Assembly (NCBI GenBank): GCA_030390025.1
Contig: CM059431.1
Location: 111,044,001 to 111,108,000 of the forward strand
DNA: 64,000 bases
Direction: 5' to 3'
Source: Squalus acanthias
Taxonomy: Eukaryota
How positions within the stretch are numbered: position 1 is the first letter of the stretch; the number at the start of each line of letters is the position of its first letter. This document shows, one piece after another, positions 59,641 to 64,000 of the stretch. The notes under the pieces are model-generated. The model was not told the DNA's origin. It did not search any database and worked only from the letters and a program-made list of their open reading frames with translations. The position numbers were made by a program, and so were the translations under genes.

Positions 59641-62600
59641 ACCTGTCAGTCACCAGTAATCCTTTCAGTCACCAATACACCTGCCTATCACCAATTCACC
59701 TGTCAGTCACCAGTACACCTTACATTCACCAAAACACCTGTCAATCACCAATACACCAGTCTGTCACCAGGGCACCTGCCTATCACCAATTCACCTGTCA
59801 GTCACCAGTACACCTTTCAGTCACCAATACACCTGTCAGTCACCAGGACACCTGTCAGTCACAAGTACACCTCTCAGTCACCAGTTCACCTGTCAGTCAC
59901 CAGTACACCTGTCATTCATCAGGGCACCTGAAGTCACAAGCCCACTTGTCTGTCTTCAGGACACCTGTCAGTCATCATTACACCTGTCAGTCACTAGTAC
60001 ATCTGTCAGTCACAATTACACCTGTCAGTCACAAATGCCCCTGTCAGTCACCAGAACACATGTCAGTCAAAAGGACACCTGTCAGTCACCAGTACACCAG
60101 TCAGTATCCAGGACACCTGTCTGTCACAAATGCCCCTGTCAGTCACCAGAATACATGTCAGTCACCAGGACACCTGTCAGTCACCAATTCAGCTGTCAGT
60201 CACCAGGCCACCTGTCAGTCATCAATACACCTGTCAATCATCAAGACACCTGCCAGTCACCAGGACACCAGTCAGTCTTCAATACACCTGTCTGTCACCA
60301 GGACACCTGCCTGTCAAGAGGACACCTGTCTGTCACCAGTACACCTGCCACTCACCAATAGACCTGTTGGTCACCAGGACACCTGTCAGTCAGCAATACA
60401 CCTGTCAGTCACCGGTAATCCTTTCAGTCACCAATACACCTGTCTTGTCACCAATTCACCTGTCTTGTCACCAGTACAACTTTCAGTCACCATTACACCT
60501 GTCAGTTACCAGTACACCTGTCAGTCATCAATTACACCCGTCAGTCACCAGTACACCTGTCAGTCATCAATACACCTTTCAGTCACCAATTCAGCTGTCA
60601 GTCACCAGGAGACCTGTCAGTCACAAGTACACCTGTCAATCATCAGGACACCTGCCAGTAACCAGGACACCTGTCAATCACAATTGCACCTGTCAGTCAC
60701 CAGTGCACCTAGCAGTCACCAATTCAGCTGTCAGTCACAAGGACACCTGTCAGTCATAAATACACCTGTTAATCATCAGGACACCTGTCAGTCACTAGTA
60801 CAACTTTCAGTCCTCAATTCACCTGTTAGTCACCAGTACACCTGTCAGTCACCAATACAACTGTCAGTAACCAGGACACCTGCTCATCACAAATGCACCT
60901 GCCAGTCACCAATACACCTGTCAGTCACAAGGACACCTGTCAGTCACCAGTACACCGGTCATTAACCAGGACACCTGTCAGTCATCAGGATACCTGTCTG
61001 TCATCATTACAGCTGTCAGTCACCAGTACACCTGTCAGTCACAATTACACCTGTCAGTCACCAATACACCGGTCAGTCATAAATAAACCTGTCAGTCACC
61101 AAAACACAGGTCAATCACCAAAATACCTGTCAGTCACCAATTCACCTGTCAATCATCAGTAATCCTTTCACTCACCAATACACCTGTCAGTCACGTATTC
61201 ACCTGTCAGTCACCAGGACACCTGTCAATCATCAGTAATCCTTTCAGTCACCAATACACGTGCCAGTCACCAATTCACCTGTCAGTCACCTATTCACCTG
61301 TCAGTCACTAGTAATACTTTCAGTCACCAATACACCTGTCAGTCATCTGGACACCTGTCAATCATCAGTAATCCTTTCACTCACCAATACACCTGTCAGT
61401 CACGTATTCACCTGTCAGTCACCAGGACACCTGTCAATCATCAGTAATCCTTTCAGTCACCAATACACGTGCCAGTCACCAATTCACCTGTCAGTCACCA
61501 GTAATACTTTCAGTCACCAATACACCTGTCAGTCATCTGGACACCTGTCAGTCATCAGGTCATCTGTCAGTCATCATTAAATCTGTCAGTCACAATTACA
61601 CCTGTCAGTTACCAATACACCTGACAGTCATCAATACACCTGTCAGTAACCAGGACACCTGTCATTCACCAATACACCTGTCAGTCACCAGTACACCGGT
61701 CAGTCACCAGTACACCTTTCAGTCACCGGTACACCTGAAAGTCACCAGGACACCTGTCAGTCAGCAATGCACCTGTCAGTCACAAATGCACCTGTCAGTC
61801 ACCAGTACAACTGACAGTCAACAGGACAAATTTATGTCATCAATAAACGTGTCAGTCACTAGGACATCTGTCAGTCACCAATTTACCTGTCAGTCACCAG
61901 GACATTGGTCAGTCATCCATAAACCTGTCTGTCACCAGGACACCAGTCAGACAGCAAAAGAACTTTCAGTCACCAATGCAACTGTCGGTGACAAATGCAC
62001 CTGACAGTCACCAGTACACCTGTCAGTCACCAATTCAACTGTCAGTCACAAGTACACCTGTCAGTCATCAGGACACCTGACAGTCACCAGTACAACTGTC
62101 AGTCACCTATACCCCTGTCATTCACCAGGACACCTGTCAGTCACCAGTACACTTGTCAGTCATCAATAAACCTGTCAGTCACCAGTAATCCTTTCAGTCA
62201 GGAATACACTTTTCAGTCACCAATTCACCTGTCAGTCACCAGTAATTCCTTTCACTCACCAATACACCTGTCAGTCACCTATTCACCTGTCAGTGACCAG
62301 TAATCCTTTCAGTCACCAGTACACCTGTCAGTCACCAATTCACCTGTCAGTCACCAGTAATTCCTTTCACTCACCAATACACCTGTCAGTCACCTATTCA
62401 CCTGTCAGTGACCAGTAATCCTTTCAGTCACCAGTACACCTGTCAGTCACCAATTCACCAGTCAGTCACCAGTACACCTGTCAGTCATCAATACAAATGT
62501 CAGTCACCAATATACCTGTCAGTAACGAGGACACCTGTCAGTCACAAGGACACCTGTCAGTCACCAGTACAGCTGTCATTAACCAGGACAACTGTCAGTC

Positions 62601-64000
62601 ACAAATGCACCTGTCAGTCACAAATGCACCTGTCAGTCACCAGTACACCTGTCAGTCACCAGTACACCTGTCAGTCACCAGTACACCTGTCAGTCACCAG
62701 TACACCTGTCAGTCACCAATTCACATGTCAGTCACCAGTACAACTTTCAGTCACCAATTCACCTGTCAGGCACCAGTACAACTTTCAGTCACCATTACAC
62801 CTGTCAGTCAACAATTCACCTGTCAGTCACCAGGACACCAGTCAGTCTTCAATACACCTGTCAGTCACCAGTACAACTTTCAGTCACCAATTCACCTGTC
62901 AGGCACCAGTACAACTTTCAGTCACCAGTAGACCTGTCAGTCACCAATTCAGCTGTCAGTCACAAGTACACCTGTCAGTCATCAGGACACCTGACAGTCA
63001 CCAGTACAACTGTTAGTCACCTATACCCCTGTCATTCACCAGGACACCTCTCAGTCACAAGTACACCTGTTAGTCATCAATAAACCTGTCAGTCACCAAA
63101 GCACCTGTCAATCACCAAAATACCTGTCAGTCACCAGTTCACCTGTCAGTCACCAATTCACCTGTCAGTCACCAGGACACCTGTCAGTCACAAATGCACC
63201 TGTCAGTCACCAGTACAACTGCCAGTCACCAGTACACCCATCTGTCATGAGGACACCTGTCAGCCAACAGTACACCTGTCACTCACCAATAAACCTGTCT
63301 GTCACCAGGATACCTCTCAGTCACAAATACAACTGTCAGTCATCAATTCACCTGTCAGCCACCAGTAATCCTTTCCGTCACCAAAACACCTGTCAGTCAA
63401 CAGTACAACGTTCAGTCACCATTTCACCTGTCAGTCACCAGGACACCTGTCTGTCACCAATTCACCTGTCAGTCAGCTGGACACGTGTCAGTCACCAATA
63501 TACCTGTCAGTCACCAGGACACCTGTCCGTCACCAATACACCCGACAGTCACCAGTGCACCAGTCAGTCATCAATACACCGTCTGTCACCATGACACCTG
63601 TCATTCACCAATACACTTGTCATTCACCAGGACATCTGTCAGTCACCAATTCACCTGTCAGTCACCAGGACACCTGTCAGTCACCAGGACACCTGTCAGT
63701 CACCAGGACACCAGTCATCACCAATTTACCTGTCAGTCACCAGGACATCGGTCTGTCATCCATAAACCTGTCTGTCACCAGGACACCTGTCAGACAGCAA
63801 TACAACTTTCAGTCACCAATGCATCTGTCGGTGACAATTGCACCCGACAGTCACCAGTACACCTGTCAGTCACCAATTCAACTGTCAGTCACAAGTACAC
63901 TTGTCAGTCATCAGGACACCTGACAGTCGCCAGTACAACTGTCAGTCACCTACACCCCTGACATTCACCAGGACACCTGTCAGTCACCAGTACACTTTTC

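Larger units (their letters stand above)
30014..64000. repeat. 19-bp tandem satellite/minisatellite array, right contig (same monomer, same orientation)
   Basis: The same 19-bp period continues from the first base after the gap to the window end, with pure consensus runs such as 62627-62720. Confidence 0.99.

Noticed and set aside
1..64000. CRISPR-like array (constant repeat plus variable part)
   Set aside because: The variable part is only ~3 nt drawn from a few recurrent states. There are no unique 25-45-bp spacers, leader or cas genes.
1..64000. Telomerase-synthesised long telomeric repeat (G-richer - strand, unit length within the range seen in budding yeasts)
   Set aside because: Heavy monomer heterogeneity inherited in kb-scale duplicated blocks indicates recombinational amplification rather than templated addition. 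There is no chromosome end in view and no G-tract of 3 or more in the consensus.
1..64000. Zinc-finger or metal-binding repeat protein suggested by periodic C and H residues
   Set aside because: Spacing (one C and two H per 19 aa) does not fit C2H2 or other zinc-finger patterns, and variation shows no visible codon-position bias.
1..64000. Embedded transposon, inversion, RNA gene or hairpin/G-quadruplex elements
   Set aside because: By eye, no stretch departs from the 19-bp register for more than a few bases and no reverse-orientation monomers (TGACTGACAGGTG on the + strand) were seen. Only 4-6-bp palindromes (GTAC, AATT, TGCA, CAGCTG) occur.
1..64000. Antigenic-variation cassette or diversity-generating repeat system
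   Set aside because: There is no expression locus, recombinase, reverse transcriptase or conserved flanking gene in the window. Ordinary satellite turnover explains the variation.

Overview
The whole window is one head-to-tail tandem array (satellite/minisatellite DNA) of a 19-bp monomer, consensus CACCTGTCAGTCACCAGTA. It holds roughly 3,300 copies (63,267 called bases / 19), all in one orientation, and is broken only by a 733-N assembly gap (29281-30013). I found no genes, RNA genes, transposon insertions, inversions or unique sequence. The many + strand ORFs are a by-product of the repeat: the consensus has no stop codon on the + strand and 19 is not a multiple of 3, so all three frames give the same 19-aa peptide (HLSVTSTPVSHQYTCQSPV). 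The - strand carries TGA twice per monomer and is closed. The real structure lies in the order of monomer variants, which forms nested higher-order repeats (HORs) and sequential domains with private diagnostic variants. These are a ~1.06-kb-type domain (1-12.4 kb), a near-perfect 3x ~4.5-kb HOR (12383-25918) whose third copy has a divergent patch, 285-bp, 760-800-bp and multi-kb repeats (36-48 kb), and a ~3.9-kb duplication (53-59.6 kb). The architecture looks like eukaryotic heterochromatic repeat DNA, but the organism cannot be determined from the sequence. I see no convincing evidence of a novel coding or defence system. All alignments were done by eye, so boundaries are approximate and absences are provisional.
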